A DNA stretch of 63,998 nt, the filler included, from Malassezia furfur (taxonomy: Eukaryota): NCBI GenBank assembly GCA_052055015.1. It is 4 parts of 4 records of this genome, joined end to end, with 100 filler letters (N's around TTAATTAATTAA, not from the genome) between each part and the next. Parts side by side here need not be neighbours in the genome. Positions count along the whole stretch, not along the records: positions 1 to 17,308 come from JBQJIT010000227.1; 3 more parts are not named here. One strand, 5' to 3'. The notes beneath the pieces are model-generated. The model saw only the letters and a program-made list of their open reading frames with translations, was not told where the DNA came from and did no database searches. Positions 1 through 11,054 of the stretch are shown here, in pieces; the stretch's first letter is position 1, and each line of letters starts with the position of its first letter. The translations under genes were made by a program, and so were the position numbers.

Positions 1-473
1 GCGTCCGCCTTGTCCTCGAGCTTCGCCTCCTTGGCGTCCTCCTTGGCGTCCTCCTTGGCGCCCTCCTCGTTCTTCACCTCGGACTCACCGTCGAGACCGC
101 CGGCACCCATGCGCTGCGACTTCTCCGTCTCCTGGCGGCCAGTGCCCGAGTGACGGTCGAACTGGCGGCCACGCGGCTTGCTGCCGCGGCCGCGGCCACC
201 GCGCTCACCGCTGCGGCCACCGCGGCTGCCACCACGGCCGCCGCGCTCACGGTCGCCGCGGCTGTTGCGCGGCTGGCGCAGGTCACCCTCGCGCGGGAGC
301 GGCGCGTCCGACGTGGGCTCCGCGGTCTTCTGCGCAGGGCGCGCAGCACCCGGCACGGTGCGCTGCTGCTGCTGCTTGGGCTGCGTGGCAGCGGGGGCAG
401 CGGCCTTGATGGGCGCTGCCTCCGCGCCGTCATCGCCGAGCAGTTGGAACGGGTTCGTGCTCGCAACCGACAT
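1..473 (-). CDS. STM1: Stm1/SERBP1-family ribosome hibernation, RGG RNA-binding protein (3' end runs off the window)
   Basis: Manual translation MSVASTNPFQLLGDD... matches the Stm1 N-terminal NPF motif, followed by RGG repeats and RQFDRHSGTGR. Not in the ORF track because no stop lies in the window. Confidence 0.85.
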   Translation of the reverse strand, partial: MSVASTNPFQLLGDDGAEAAPIKAAAPAATQPKQQQQRTVPGAARPAQKTAEPTSDAPLPREGDLRQPRNSRGDRERGGRGGSRGGRSGERGGRGRGSKPRGRQFDRHSGTGRQETEKSQRMGAGGLDGESEVKNEEGAKEDAKEDAKEAKLEDKAD

Positions 474-877
474 CTTTTGTGTTTGTTGGGCTGAAAGAGT
501 CTGCTGTGTGTAAGCACGGTGTTCTCGGCGCGTGCGTGCAGCACACCACCGGTCTACGCACCACCCAAACGTCGAGAGAGGAAGAAAACGGCAAACCCAC
601 CCAGCGCTCGCGCGACCGCCCGGCGGTCTGGAAAGGGACGCGGAAATTGCACATCTACCCTGTCCGGACGCGGCACTTGCCGCAGTTCTAGCAAGTCACA
701 TGCGCGCACTCGCGCGCCGCCGCGCTTGGCCCCTCGGGGTCTCGATAGGCGTGGAAATTTTGGCAAGCGCGGCCTGCGGGCACAGCGCGTCTCTACAAGG
801 ACATCACACTATAGAGCGCACGTTCAACCACGGCACGCTTTGGATAGAAGGTAGAGGCAGATATGCCGGTGCGCAAC

Positions 878-1666
878 TTAGAACGCGGCGGGCTGCGGCA
901 CACCGCCCTGGGGGTGCTGCAGGGCCTCGGCGGGGAACTCCTGCGAGACCTGCGCCGACGGCGGCTCGATCGTGGGGCCGTTGCGCGCCTCGGACATGGG
1001 CGCAGTGACCGGCACGTCCTCCTTGGGCTCGAGGATGGTAACCGCGTCGGGCAGCGGGAAGGGGCGGCCCACGCGACCCTCGGGGTCCCAGCCGTGCATG
1101 ATCTTGACCTTGATACCCAGCACACCCTGCTTCATCAGAACGTGGCGCACGGCCTCGTCGACAAAGTCCTTGACGGGCTGACCGGTGTGGATCATGAAGC
1201 CGTCGTTGAACTTCATGCTCTTGGCACGGGCGGCACGGAGCTTGCCCGAGATGATGACCTCGCAGCCCTTGGCGCCCGACTCCATCACGAAGCGGAGCAC
1301 ACCGTAGGCGGCACGGCGGACGGGGAGACCACCGAGCAGCTTGTTGCGCAGCGACTCACACTGGGCCACGGCGTGCAGGCCGCGGTTCTGCACCTTCTCG
1401 GCGTAGAGCTCAAGCGAGCCCTCGGGGAAGCGGAAGCGCTGGCGCACGAGCGACGTGAGCTCGCGGATGCGGCGGCCCTTGTCACCGAGCACCTCCTGGG
1501 TGTGCGTAGCGCGGATGATGATCTCGGTGCGGACGTGGTTGACACGCACAAGGCAGCCCGAGTAGCCCTCAGCGGCGAGCTCGCGGGTGAAGAACTCGTT
1601 GAGCTCGGCCGTGAAGACACCGTCGGCAACAAACTTCCTCTTCTTCGAAATGATAGCAGACGCCAT
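878..1666 (-). CDS. RPS3: 40S ribosomal protein S3 (uS3)
   Basis: [18 protein letters not shown]..., [13 protein letters not shown]; intronless ORF. Confidence 0.98.
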   Translation of the reverse strand: MASAIISKKRKFVADGVFTAELNEFFTRELAAEGYSGCLVRVNHVRTEIIIRATHTQEVLGDKGRRIRELTSLVRQRFRFPEGSLELYAEKVQNRGLHAVAQCESLRNKLLGGLPVRRAAYGVLRFVMESGAKGCEVIISGKLRAARAKSMKFNDGFMIHTGQPVKDFVDEAVRHVLMKQGVLGIKVKIMHGWDPEGRVGRPFPLPDAVTILEPKEDVPVTAPMSEARNGPTIEPPSAQVSQEFPAEALQHPQGGVPQPAAF

Positions 1667-2237
1667 TGTCGTGATGGTCAACCTGTGAAGGGCAAGAAAG
1701 AGGGGGGCGCGCGCTTCCTGCCCCTCCTTTGGAACTACATTTGCTCACGTGACCCGCTCCGCCTGGCTGCCCACCTCCCTCCACAGACAAGGTAGGTCGC
1801 GAGCGCGGGCTGGGACGAGCTGTGCGAAGCACACAAACTGGCATCTCTTGGCCGAGGCACACACCACACACGCGTGTGCCGTTGACGAGACGTGACTGGC
1901 TGAGCCTGCGCAATGCTTTGCGAGCAATACTAACGTAGCAGTAGTTGCGCCCGAATTTCTTTCTCCTCTGCATCGTTTGTGAGTCAGCCTGCGCCGTGCG
2001 CGCAAGACGGGTCTTAAGAGCACCGAGCCCGCAGGCGCCTTGTGCGTGCTGCTCTCCTTGGCCGGGGTTTGAGTCATAGCCCGCCGAAAACGAGGCGCGC
2101 TCTGCCTTTCGTCTATGTCACGAGAGAGGGGCGCGCTGGCGCTTCGTGGCACCGGCTGCCTCTGGGCGGCCGTTCGGCACATGCGCTTGCCCCGCATGTG
2201 CCATGCTGCTCGCGGTACACACTAGTTTGGTATAGAC

Positions 2238-5060
2238 CTAAAAGAAGCGCCACTTGGACTGCTGCACGGGCCGGCGCGGCGCGCGGTCCTGGTAGAGCTT
2301 GGTGAGCTCGTCGAGCTTCTGCATCACCGCCTCGAGCTTCTGCTTGCGCTCCTGGAGGTCGATGTGCTTCCGGATGGACGGGTTCTGCCGTGCGAACGCC
2401 AGCATGTCCTCCTTGCTCATGTCGTAGCCGAGGCGCGCGTCGATCTCGCGCGGGAATTGGTAGAAGAACTCGGCGAGGAGCTCGATGTTAATAAACATCA
2501 CCGCGGTGTACGTCAACTTGTCGGCGACCGCGTTCAGGAAGGACTCGGGGCAGAACGCCTTTTGCTCCGGTCCTGCCTTGCACCGGCGCGAGCGCAGTGC
2601 GGCAAGGCGCAGCTGCAGGATGCCCGCGCGTTCCTGGAGGAAGCGCGCCTCGCGTGCCTTGCTCAACAGCGCGGCGTTGAAGCCCGGGCGTGTGGGGTCG
2701 TTTTGGTCGTCCTGCGCAAGCGCCTCGAGCGCCTCCGCATCGCCGTTCACCTCGAGCCGCGCCGCAAGGCGCTGGCGCTCGCGCTCCTCGAGCTGCGTGA
2801 TGTACTCCATCGCGCCGCGCAGGCGACGCGAGCCGATCGCACTGCGCAGGCGGTCGTAGGCGTCCTTGCACATGGCGAGCTCGGCGCGCATGAGTTCCTC
2901 GGACTGCTTGCGCCCCTGCTCCCACTCGCGCCGGTCCATCTCGACCTCGTACTTGTACGGCTTCACGCAGTTCTCCACCTGGTCGGCAGTGATGGTGAAG
3001 CGGTCGCGCAGCAGCGCGGAGCCAAACGCCAGGATGCGCTCGGCGGTCTCGACGTGGTAGTTGAACGGCTCTGCGAGCGCCAGCTGCTCGAGCTGCGCGC
3101 GGATCGTGTTGGCGACGAGCTGCGTGCTGGTGCGGCCGATGCCGCTCTTGGTCAGCGCGCCGGTCGCCGCATCGAGCTTGTGCATCCACTCGGGGCTGAG
3201 CTCGTCTGGGGTGACGCGGCGCTTGTCGCCCTGCTCGGTGAGGGCGAGCACCGAGTCGTCCGACCAGTAGATCTGCGCGAGGATGTCCATCACCTTGTCG
3301 TCGAGCGCGTGCTTGAGCAGGACGCGCATCTCGGGCTTGCCGAAGCTGTTGGCAAACAGCTTGAAGCGCTGCTTGAGCAGATCCATCACCTCGGTCACGT
3401 AGCTCTCGGCGGTGATGCTGCGATCGTTGTACTGCACCTTGAACTGGTACGCCGCATCCTCCAGCTCGGAGCGCACCACGCCCGACACACCCGACAGCGA
3501 CGCGCCCATGCTCTCCTCCAGAACGACCATGAGGCGCTGACGCAGCTTGTCGGTGCCGACCATGGGCGCGACGCCCGCGTTGCGGCCGCGGTGCGGCGCC
3601 TGGAAGGCGTCGGCATGCTCGCGGTAGTAGCTCCGCTCAAACTCTTGCGTGAGCTCGATGGGGTTGGCGCGCTTCAGCGAGAACACCGACTGGTTCGTCG
3701 GCTCGGGCGAGCGGCAAATCACGCCAATGTACCCGAGCGACAGGGGGTATTTGTTGTTGTTGAGGATCGCCGCGCCCGTCTCGGGCGGGACGAGGTCCAT
3801 CTTGGTGATCACACCGATCGTGCGCATCCCGAGCGGGTCCACTTTGCGGCTCGCACGCAGCGCGGGCGAGTTGGCCAGGTCGACGTCCGCGGCGCTCACC
3901 GCAAGGATCACGTTGGGCTCCTGGATGTACTTGAACACCAGGTTGGAAATCTTCTCGCGCAGCTCCTCGGGCTGGTCCATGGAGCTAAGCTGCACATAGC
4001 CGGGCAGATCGATCAACGACAGGTCCGGCACATGGGGGCTGTAGATGTGCAGCTCAATGGGCTTGTCGCTCACACACTCCTCACGGGGCACGGCCATGTT
4101 CATGTCGTACAGCACCTTTTGGATGCGCACAAAGTCGGTCACCTTGCCCAGCCCGGTGCCAGGGAACTCGCCGTACTCGACGATTCCGTCGCTCGGCACC
4201 TCGCCGGGCGGCACATGCACGAGCGTCAGCTCGATCGGACGCCGCGTCACCATGTTGTTGCCCTTCGGCAGGAACTCGTGCCCGACGATCGACTCTAGCA
4301 CACTGCTCTTGCCGCTGCTTTGCGAGCCAATCACCACAATGCTCGGCAGCACCAGCTGGTCGCTGTCGTGGTCGACCGACTTGAGGATGTTGCGCACCTC
4401 GATCAGCTTGCGCGTCAACAGCATCAGCTCTTCGGAGCTGCCAGGCACGGGCTTCGGCGCACCGTCCTCGGCATGCTCGGCATGCTCGCCGTCATGCTCA
4501 CCGCCACTCAGCGTCGCGCCGAGCGCCGCCGCAGCCGCCGCCAGCATCCCGTCGTGGTTCGGCTCGGGGTCGGGGCGGTTCGACTCGTCGCCACGCTCCT
4601 GCTCGGCCTCTTCTTCGCGCGCCTGCTCAAAGTTCGACTGGAAACGGTCCCAGAACGATGCCCAGGAGCTACGTGCGCCCTCAAGCGCACTGCTCGTGCG
4701 CATGCTCAGCGAGTCGTACATGCCCGACGCCGTGTCCGATGCCGAGCCGAAAAAGTTGCTCAGCTTGCCTTTGAACTCGTCCAGTTTGTAGTTCGTGTAG
4801 GCATACAGGCCCGTCGCCCCCGCCATGCCATACAGCGGCAGACGCACCATGCGCAACATAAACTTGGGCAGCCCTGAACTCGTGCTGATCGCCCGCACAT
4901 GCACCTGCCGCTGGAACGCCACCGGCGGCACCACCGGTCGCAGCGCCGTGCCGCGTAGGCTGTGCATTACCGGAGAATACACATTGCGTGCGAGTCCAGA
5001 CGCTCGGCGGATGCCCGCGGAACGAAGCTGCGGTGCGACTGCACGCCGTAAGAGCAACAT
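2238..5060 (-). CDS. MGM1: Mitochondrial dynamin-like GTPase Mgm1/OPA1
   Basis: Arg-rich presequence, hydrophobic segment, GSQSSGKSS P-loop, TRRP, DLPG, TKMD, C-terminal GED-like region. Confidence 0.95.
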   Translation of the reverse strand: MLLLRRAVAPQLRSAGIRRASGLARNVYSPVMHSLRGTALRPVVPPVAFQRQVHVRAISTSSGLPKFMLRMVRLPLYGMAGATGLYAYTNYKLDEFKGKLSNFFGSASDTASGMYDSLSMRTSSALEGARSSWASFWDRFQSNFEQAREEEAEQERGDESNRPDPEPNHDGMLAAAAAALGATLSGGEHDGEHAEHAEDGAPKPVPGSSEELMLLTRKLIEVRNILKSVDHDSDQLVLPSIVVIGSQSSGKSSVLESIVGHEFLPKGNNMVTRRPIELTLVHVPPGEVPSDGIVEYGEFPGTGLGKVTDFVRIQKVLYDMNMAVPREECVSDKPIELHIYSPHVPDLSLIDLPGYVQLSSMDQPEELREKISNLVFKYIQEPNVILAVSAADVDLANSPALRASRKVDPLGMRTIGVITKMDLVPPETGAAILNNNKYPLSLGYIGVICRSPEPTNQSVFSLKRANPIELTQEFERSYYREHADAFQAPHRGRNAGVAPMVGTDKLRQRLMVVLEESMGASLSGVSGVVRSELEDAAYQFKVQYNDRSITAESYVTEVMDLLKQRFKLFANSFGKPEMRVLLKHALDDKVMDILAQIYWSDDSVLALTEQGDKRRVTPDELSPEWMHKLDAATGALTKSGIGRTSTQLVANTIRAQLEQLALAEPFNYHVETAERILAFGSALLRDRFTITADQVENCVKPYKYEVEMDRREWEQGRKQSEELMRAELAMCKDAYDRLRSAIGSRRLRGAMEYITQLEERERQRLAARLEVNGDAEALEALAQDDQNDPTRPGFNAALLSKAREARFLQERAGILQLRLAALRSRRCKAGPEQKAFCPESFLNAVADKLTYTAVMFINIELLAEFFYQFPREIDARLGYDMSKEDMLAFARQNPSIRKHIDLQERKQKLEAVMQKLDELTKLYQDRAPRRPVQQSKWRFF

Positions 5061-5130
5061 CGACGCCCCTGCCAACACGCTGCACCCTGGCCCCGGGGAC
5101 CTACGCACGCAGCGGGGATCTATGTGGAGG

Positions 5131-6454
5131 TTACGTCGCACGCGGTCCCAGCGCGCCGCCGAGCGCCGCGTCGTAGCGCTGCAGCAGGTCGCGCGCCGCG
5201 GTCATCACGCTGTTCTCCGGCGCGGCATCGTCGGTGGACGTCCAGCCGTCCACGCGGCCAGGGTGCACGTACTCACGCCCGAGCCACGTGCACTGCGTGC
5301 CGTACCGCACCGTGCTGTCGAGCGCCTCGGCCGGGGCCACGGCGACGAACGACGCGGCCACCGCACCTTTGTACGCGTCGATCGGATGGTGCGGAGAAAA
5401 CGTCCAACGAGCCTAAGTCAGTCAGGGGCCCACGTACCGCATAAAAGACGAGCTTCATCAGCGACAGCAGCAGCACGTGGATCACCTCGCTAAAGATGCT
5501 GCTCGCCACGATGCCGGGATGCGCCGTGTACACACGCACGCCGCCCTCCTTTTTGAGCCGCTCGTCCATGCCAAGTGCCGCAAGCTCGCACTGATACTTA
5601 GTCGACTCGTACGCGTGCGGTGAGCGCCGGGCGTCAAGGCACTGGAAGTCGTCCGCACAGTAGTCCGCGCGATTCGCCTCCAGCGAGCCTGTCCAGATGA
5701 TCCGTGACGCGGCAAGGTATGGCGATGCGCGCAGGTGTGGCACGAGCCCGTTGGCAAGCACGTAGTGCATCCCACAGTTGATCTCCCACACCCAGCCGAA
5801 TCCGTCTGCGGTCTTCTCGCTGGGGCGTTGCAGCTTGTACGAGGGCCGCGTCACGGCACGATGCAGGTTGGTCAAGATTTCAAAGAATGCCAACGGCCAG
5901 TTGATTCCCGCCCACGCCGCGCCGCCCGCGTTTAGGACGAGGTGCGTCAGGTACGGATACCGCTCGCGCACCGTCTGTACGCACGCTTGCGTGCTCGCAA
6001 TGCTTGCAAGATCCAGAGACACCACATCAATCCGTGTTCCGCGCACAAACCCTTGGCGGTATGCGGCCAGCGCACGCGCATTGCGCTCGGCAACGGGCGC
6101 ACTGCGGTCGTTGGTGAAACGCGCGCGCACATGATCGGCAGCGCCCGCATCCACCGCCGAGCTTGCTCCCTTTTGTGCAGAGTCACCCTGTGCCACATCA
6201 TCGCCTCCGAGCTTCTCGAGAAGCGCTTCGAGCTTGGCGACGGCCGCGCGCGCCTTGGTCGCGTTGCGGCACGCGAGGACGAGCGTGCATCCTTCGCTCG
6301 CGTCGTACGGTGTCCCAGTTGCCTCGACAGGACCCCCACGCAGCAGGGCACTGTCTGGCGGTGACGGGTTCGAGAACTGTACCAAAAGTCGCTCGCACAC
6401 GCCCAAACCCACACCGCCGTTCGCGCCCGTCACCAGAACAATTGGGCGGCTCAT
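5131..6454 (-). CDS. ERG27: 3-keto-steroid reductase (ergosterol pathway), one intron 5413-5437
   Basis: VLVTGANGGVG, YxxxK (YESTK); removing a 25-nt GTACGT..TTAG intron restores ARWTFSPHH..AYKGA. Confidence 0.9.
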
Positions 6455-6482
6455 CGTGGAGAAGTGGAGGTTGCTGCCGTGC

Positions 6483-8144
6483 ATGTTTCGCACGCTCGGC
6501 GCGCTGAGCGGCATCGTGTGCCCCGCATTTCGCGAGGGCACATGCGAGAACCAGCGCGTGAACTGCCCCTACTCGCACGACCTATCGTTGCTGCAGACAA
6601 GACCTCCGCCTGAAAAGCGACGTAAGGTGAACGAGACGGCGAATGCGGCCCAGGACCACCCACCCACCTCCGCAAGTCGACCGGCGGCGCAAACGGCGCG
6701 CCACCCCGGTGCAGTGGCGCCGGTCACACAAGAGTCGCAGCTCAAGTGTCCCACACTCACAAGCAAGGTCCATCCCGCGTCCTCGCGCATCTCCCTCGGT
6801 GCGCGCCAGAACGGGTTAAAGAAGATTTACAGCACGCTCGTTGCGTTCTACCAGCCTCTTTTGACACATGCAGACCCAGCTCTCCGCGATATGGGCATTG
6901 AAATGGCTGCTACGGATGCCCTGGCGATCGAGGCGGATGTTTTCCGTCTTGCCAGCGAGCATTCGTACCGCAACTCGTCCATGAGTGCGGCCGTCGGCGT
7001 CACCAAGCGGAACAAAGACGAGCTTATCCGCGCCGTGGACGAGGCACATACCGCCCTTCAAGACTATGGACGCGATCAAGCACAGAAAATTTTGCAATGC
7101 TGCACCGAGACTGGCTCCAACAACGAGGTCACCGCCAAGCGACAAGGTGTTGAAAAACGCAAGCTGGGCCGGCTTACGCGCGAGCGGATCATCAAGGCAG
7201 GGTTCTTGTGCCCAAAAGGAGACCTTCAGGTGCTTGGCTACCTTACCGAAATTCCCTCGAGCTGGGGTCCAGGAGGCGAGGCCGTCGACGGCACGGGTGA
7301 AAAGCAGAGCTGTGCACGGTGCGGCACCGTCTTTCGTGTCGCTCCGCTCCGCAAGTCGCCCGACGATGATGGACAAGACCCCGAGGCATGTCGTTTCCAT
7401 CCAGGCCGCCCGCGTCGCGAGCAAACAAGCGACACAAAGCTGCGCAAGATTTTGCGCTGGACGTGTTGTGGACGTACGGTCGATGCACAGACACTGGGTG
7501 ATGATCGCTGCGCAACAGGTCCCCACGTCTTTAAGGAAGAGGCAGACGAGGCACTACACAAGCGTGCACCGTATACGACATTTGCACAGCTTGCCAAAGA
7601 CGTGGGCGTGGAAGACAGTGCGCTAGAGATTGCTGCGCTCGACTGCGAAATGAGCTACACAACTGCGGGTCTGAGCGTGACGCGGATCACGCTGGTGGAC
7701 GAGACGGGCGAAGTCGTCTTTGATGAGCTGATCCGGTGCTCAGGCGATGTGCAGGTGTTGGACTTCAATACCCAATTCTCGGGGATTCAGCCCAAGGAGT
7801 ACGAAGAAAATGCCGTGTTGGACCTGCATGCAGCGCGTCGTGCGCTGGTACAATATGTTGGCCCGAATACGATCCTGGTACGTGCTTGACTAACACAGAT
7901 TGGTCACGGTCTTGAAAATGATTTGCGTGCCATCCGTGTGGTACACACAAACCTCGTCGATACCTGCCAGCTGTTCCCCCATCCCCGGGGACTTCCCTTT
8001 CGGCTGGCACTGCGTGACTTGGTCGCGACGCACCTCGGCAAAATCATTCAGGCGGGCGGCTCAGCAGTGGGTCATTCTTCCGCTGAAGATGCGCAAACCA
8101 CCCTGGAACTGGTACGGTACAAGTGGACCCAACTGTGTACATAG
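6483..8144 (+). CDS. REX3: DEDDh RNA exonuclease Rex3-like, one 21-nt intron 7878-7898
   Basis: N-terminal Cys/His motif, CRFHPG, ALDCEM; spliced ILIGHGLENDLRA; HSSAEDA. Confidence 0.88.
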
Positions 8145-8850
8145 CTATTTTTGGCGCTTGGCCGGCCGCGGCACGGACGAAGGAGCTTCCTCTGCGACCC
8201 GCTTGGCATAGGCTTCTTGCAAGGCGGCACGTTTCTCGTTGCGCAAGGCACGACGTTGTTTGCGCCGCTCAACACGGGGCACATGGGAGTCGGCGCTGGG
8301 CCGCGATGTCTCCTTGCGCTGGGTAAGCAAACGACCTACCTTGGCTTCCGCTGCTTTTTCTTCCTTTCTCCGCTCGTCCTCAAGGAGATCGACCAGGACG
8401 CGCGGATCAAGCAGCAAGACGCGATCACCTTCACGCTCTTTTTCCGCTTCAGCAAATTGAACAAAACGGGTATATCGTCGCTTGTGCGCCTGCGTCAGAC
8501 TTGTGACCTACCTTGCTGTCCAAGTGAACCTCGATGGCCTTCTCGCTGCGCAGCTGCGCAAGAGGGCAAGAAACACATCGGAAAATTGTGGCACGCACGT
8601 TGGCCTCATCGTCCACGTACACGGGGCTTTCCAGCGCTTGTTTTACCGTGAACTTGTCTTCGTCCGCATCGTCTTCGTCATCTTCGTCGTCGTCTTCGTC
8701 ATCTTCTTCGTCGTCACTGTCACTCCCAACATCGCTGTCGCTTGCACTGTCCTCATCCAGTGCAGCCTCGAGCGTCACAGGCTCCGATTCATCTACCTGG
8801 TCCTCGAGCTCGTCCCGCAGCGCGCGTGCGCGATTCAGCCGCTTGAACAT
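8145..8850 (-). CDS. Small acidic/basic protein with a single C2H2/U1-like zinc finger, intron 8490-8511
   Basis: Poly-D/E tract; CVSC...HLDSKAH after removing a 22-nt intron; Lys/Arg-rich tail. Confidence 0.7.
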
Positions 8851-8897
8851 GGTCGTCTGCACCAAAATCGGCTGAGTCAGCATACCACCTCCACACC

Positions 8898-9966
8898 ATG
8901 ACGCGCGCCGCATCGCGTAGTGGTGCGGAGCCGTCCGACACGGACGCGTGGTTGGCCGAGCTCATCTCGGAGGAATCCGCCTCGGCGCTCTCGCATGGAT
9001 CTCGTACGGCGGCACTTGGCCTAGGACGTGAGGTATGTTTCTTGCTGACGCAGACCATTGAACGGAAAGCGGCCGATCTCGTGCGCCTAGCGCTCTTTAC
9101 CGAGTACAAGCGGCACCCCCTTCGACGAGAGGAGGTGATGAAGAAACGTGGGTGCACGTTCTGACACAGTGATTGGAAAGGATGCGAGTCGCGCATTCCC
9201 TGTCATCTTTGCTTATGCACAGTCCCTTTTACGAACGACCTTTGCGTTCGAGCTTGTGGAGCTGCGTGCGCGCAACCAAGAGAACCCCTTGCTGCTCGAG
9301 ATGGCGGAAGCACTCGATGAGCGCGCGGGATCCAAGCGGCAGCGAACCGAGGGGCGACCTCGGAAAGATACCTCGTCGGCAGCGACCTGGATGCTTCGCT
9401 CGACATTACCTCCTCACATCGTTGCTGCTATGAACACGCGTGATGGACAGCAGGAGCCCATCATGGATTGGCATGCAGATTCCCAGCTTGCTGGAATGGG
9501 CGTGTTATTCCTTGTACTGAGCATCATTTTGCTTTGCGGTCGACGCGTCGACGAAGGCCGCTTACGGGCGTACTTGGCCCAGCTTTCCCTGTCGGTGGAC
9601 CGGCCTCTCCCCTCCGCCTTGCAGCCGTTTCATGCGTCACATGAGCCGGAAGCAAATGCAACGCAGGCGCGGCAGCGTTTCTCGGGCGACCAAAAGCTCA
9701 CGCTCGAGTCCTACTTAACACAACTACAGCGGCATGGGTATATCGAAAAAGTGCGTGCCGAGACGGTGCGTGCCGCAGATGGGTCGACTACGTCGCCTCC
9801 CGCCGAATATCGGTGGGGCCCACGTGCCGAGGTCGAAATTGGCGAACACGCCGTGGGGGCCTTCGTTGAACGCATGTTTGGACCGGTCAAACAAGAGAAC
9901 AGAGAGGCCCAGAGCGACATCAAAAAGCGCATTGAACGTGCGGCAGGTACTCCCCTTGTAGGCTAA
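8898..9966 (+). CDS. NSE3: MAGE-domain Smc5/6 subunit Nse3-like, introns 9033-9053 and 9148-9169
   Basis: LVRLALFTEYKRHPLRREEV, FAFELVEL, GVLFLVLSIILL, YRWGPRAEVE (MAGE signature). Confidence 0.85.
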
Positions 9967-10766
9967 GATACCGTGTAAAGATCTCCCTCTAGCTCCCATT
10001 TTGTGCGGTTCCGCCAGAACTTGGCCCAAAAGGTATGGATGTCGCGCCATTCTGCGCCCTGGATCATGCGTTCCTCGACAGGGGATCTAGTCGGCGGGAA
10101 GTTGAAGTGCGTGACGTGTGCGAACGCTTTGCGATACGCAGCCATCTGCGACTTGGCCTGCGCTGAGGAGGACAAGACGGGCGCCGCAAAGCGGGTCACG
10201 ACGCACACGGGGGTATCGAGCGGGGGTGTGAATGTGGGGAACGACAAGAGTGGACCACATACACTTACCACGCTTCCAAGCGGTGCAGGCCGTCGTGCAG
10301 CGAGCGTCTCGAGGGCCAAGGACCCGCCTTGTCCGAAGCCAAACAGGTGGATCTGCTGGGGCTGCCAGCCGCACCCTCCCTCCTGCGGGGTTGCGCACAG
10401 ATAGTGGAGGAGCTTCTGGAGGGCCCCGATGGCTTGCGTAGGATCGGGGTTGGGAAGTAGTTCGCCGAGCATGTCAAACGTGTCCCACCAGGTCCACGCC
10501 TCCTCTTCGAGTAGCGGCACCCGTTTGAGGCCCTGGACGCTAAGGACGGCCGTCTGCGGCAGGGTGCGCTGCAGGGAGGTGCCGAGCTCGAAAAACGGCG
10601 TGGCACGGTCGCCAAGTCCGTGAAGGAGAAGCAGTAGGTTGGAATCGATACCTCCAGGTGCGCTTGCATACCGAAAGGTCAGTTCGGTGCCTTGGTGCGC
10701 GCGCAACCCCGCGGGGGACGCCGCGGGATGCACCTTGGGCTCTTGCGCGAGCGGCTGGGCGTTCAT
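9963..10766 (-). CDS. Phospholipase/carboxylesterase (abhydrolase_2 family)
   Basis: LLLLHGLGD and LFGFGQGG nucleophile-elbow variant; start codon inferred (MNAQPL). Confidence 0.75.
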   Translation of the reverse strand: MNAQPLAQEPKVHPAASPAGLRAHQGTELTFRYASAPGGIDSNLLLLLHGLGDRATPFFELGTSLQRTLPQTAVLSVQGLKRVPLLEEEAWTWWDTFDMLGELLPNPDPTQAIGALQKLLHYLCATPQEGGCGWQPQQIHLFGFGQGGSLALETLAARRPAPLGSVVSVCGPLLSFPTFTPPLDTPVCVVTRFAAPVLSSSAQAKSQMAAYRKAFAHVTHFNFPPTRSPVEERMIQGAEWRDIHTFWAKFWRNRTKWELEGDLYTVS

Positions 10767-11054
10767 GCGAAGCTGCACGGACGTTGGCGTCCACGTAAGC
10801 ACCTGTTGAGATGCAGCCAACACGTGACCCCATCGTGTAGAATCTGCGGTGCGCTGCATTGGGCGCAGCGATGTGGTTCGCTGGCGCCTATGTTTTCCGG
10901 GAATGTGCCTGGCCTGCAGCAAAAGGGCGGCCCCAGGAATGCCACGCAGCAAAGGCGCTGTGCCACTCGCCAGGGATTCTGTCTTTCGCCCAACCCCTGC
11001 CGAGGATCCCTCCGAGTGGCACTGCAACGGACTCCCGCAATTTAATCAAGCGAG

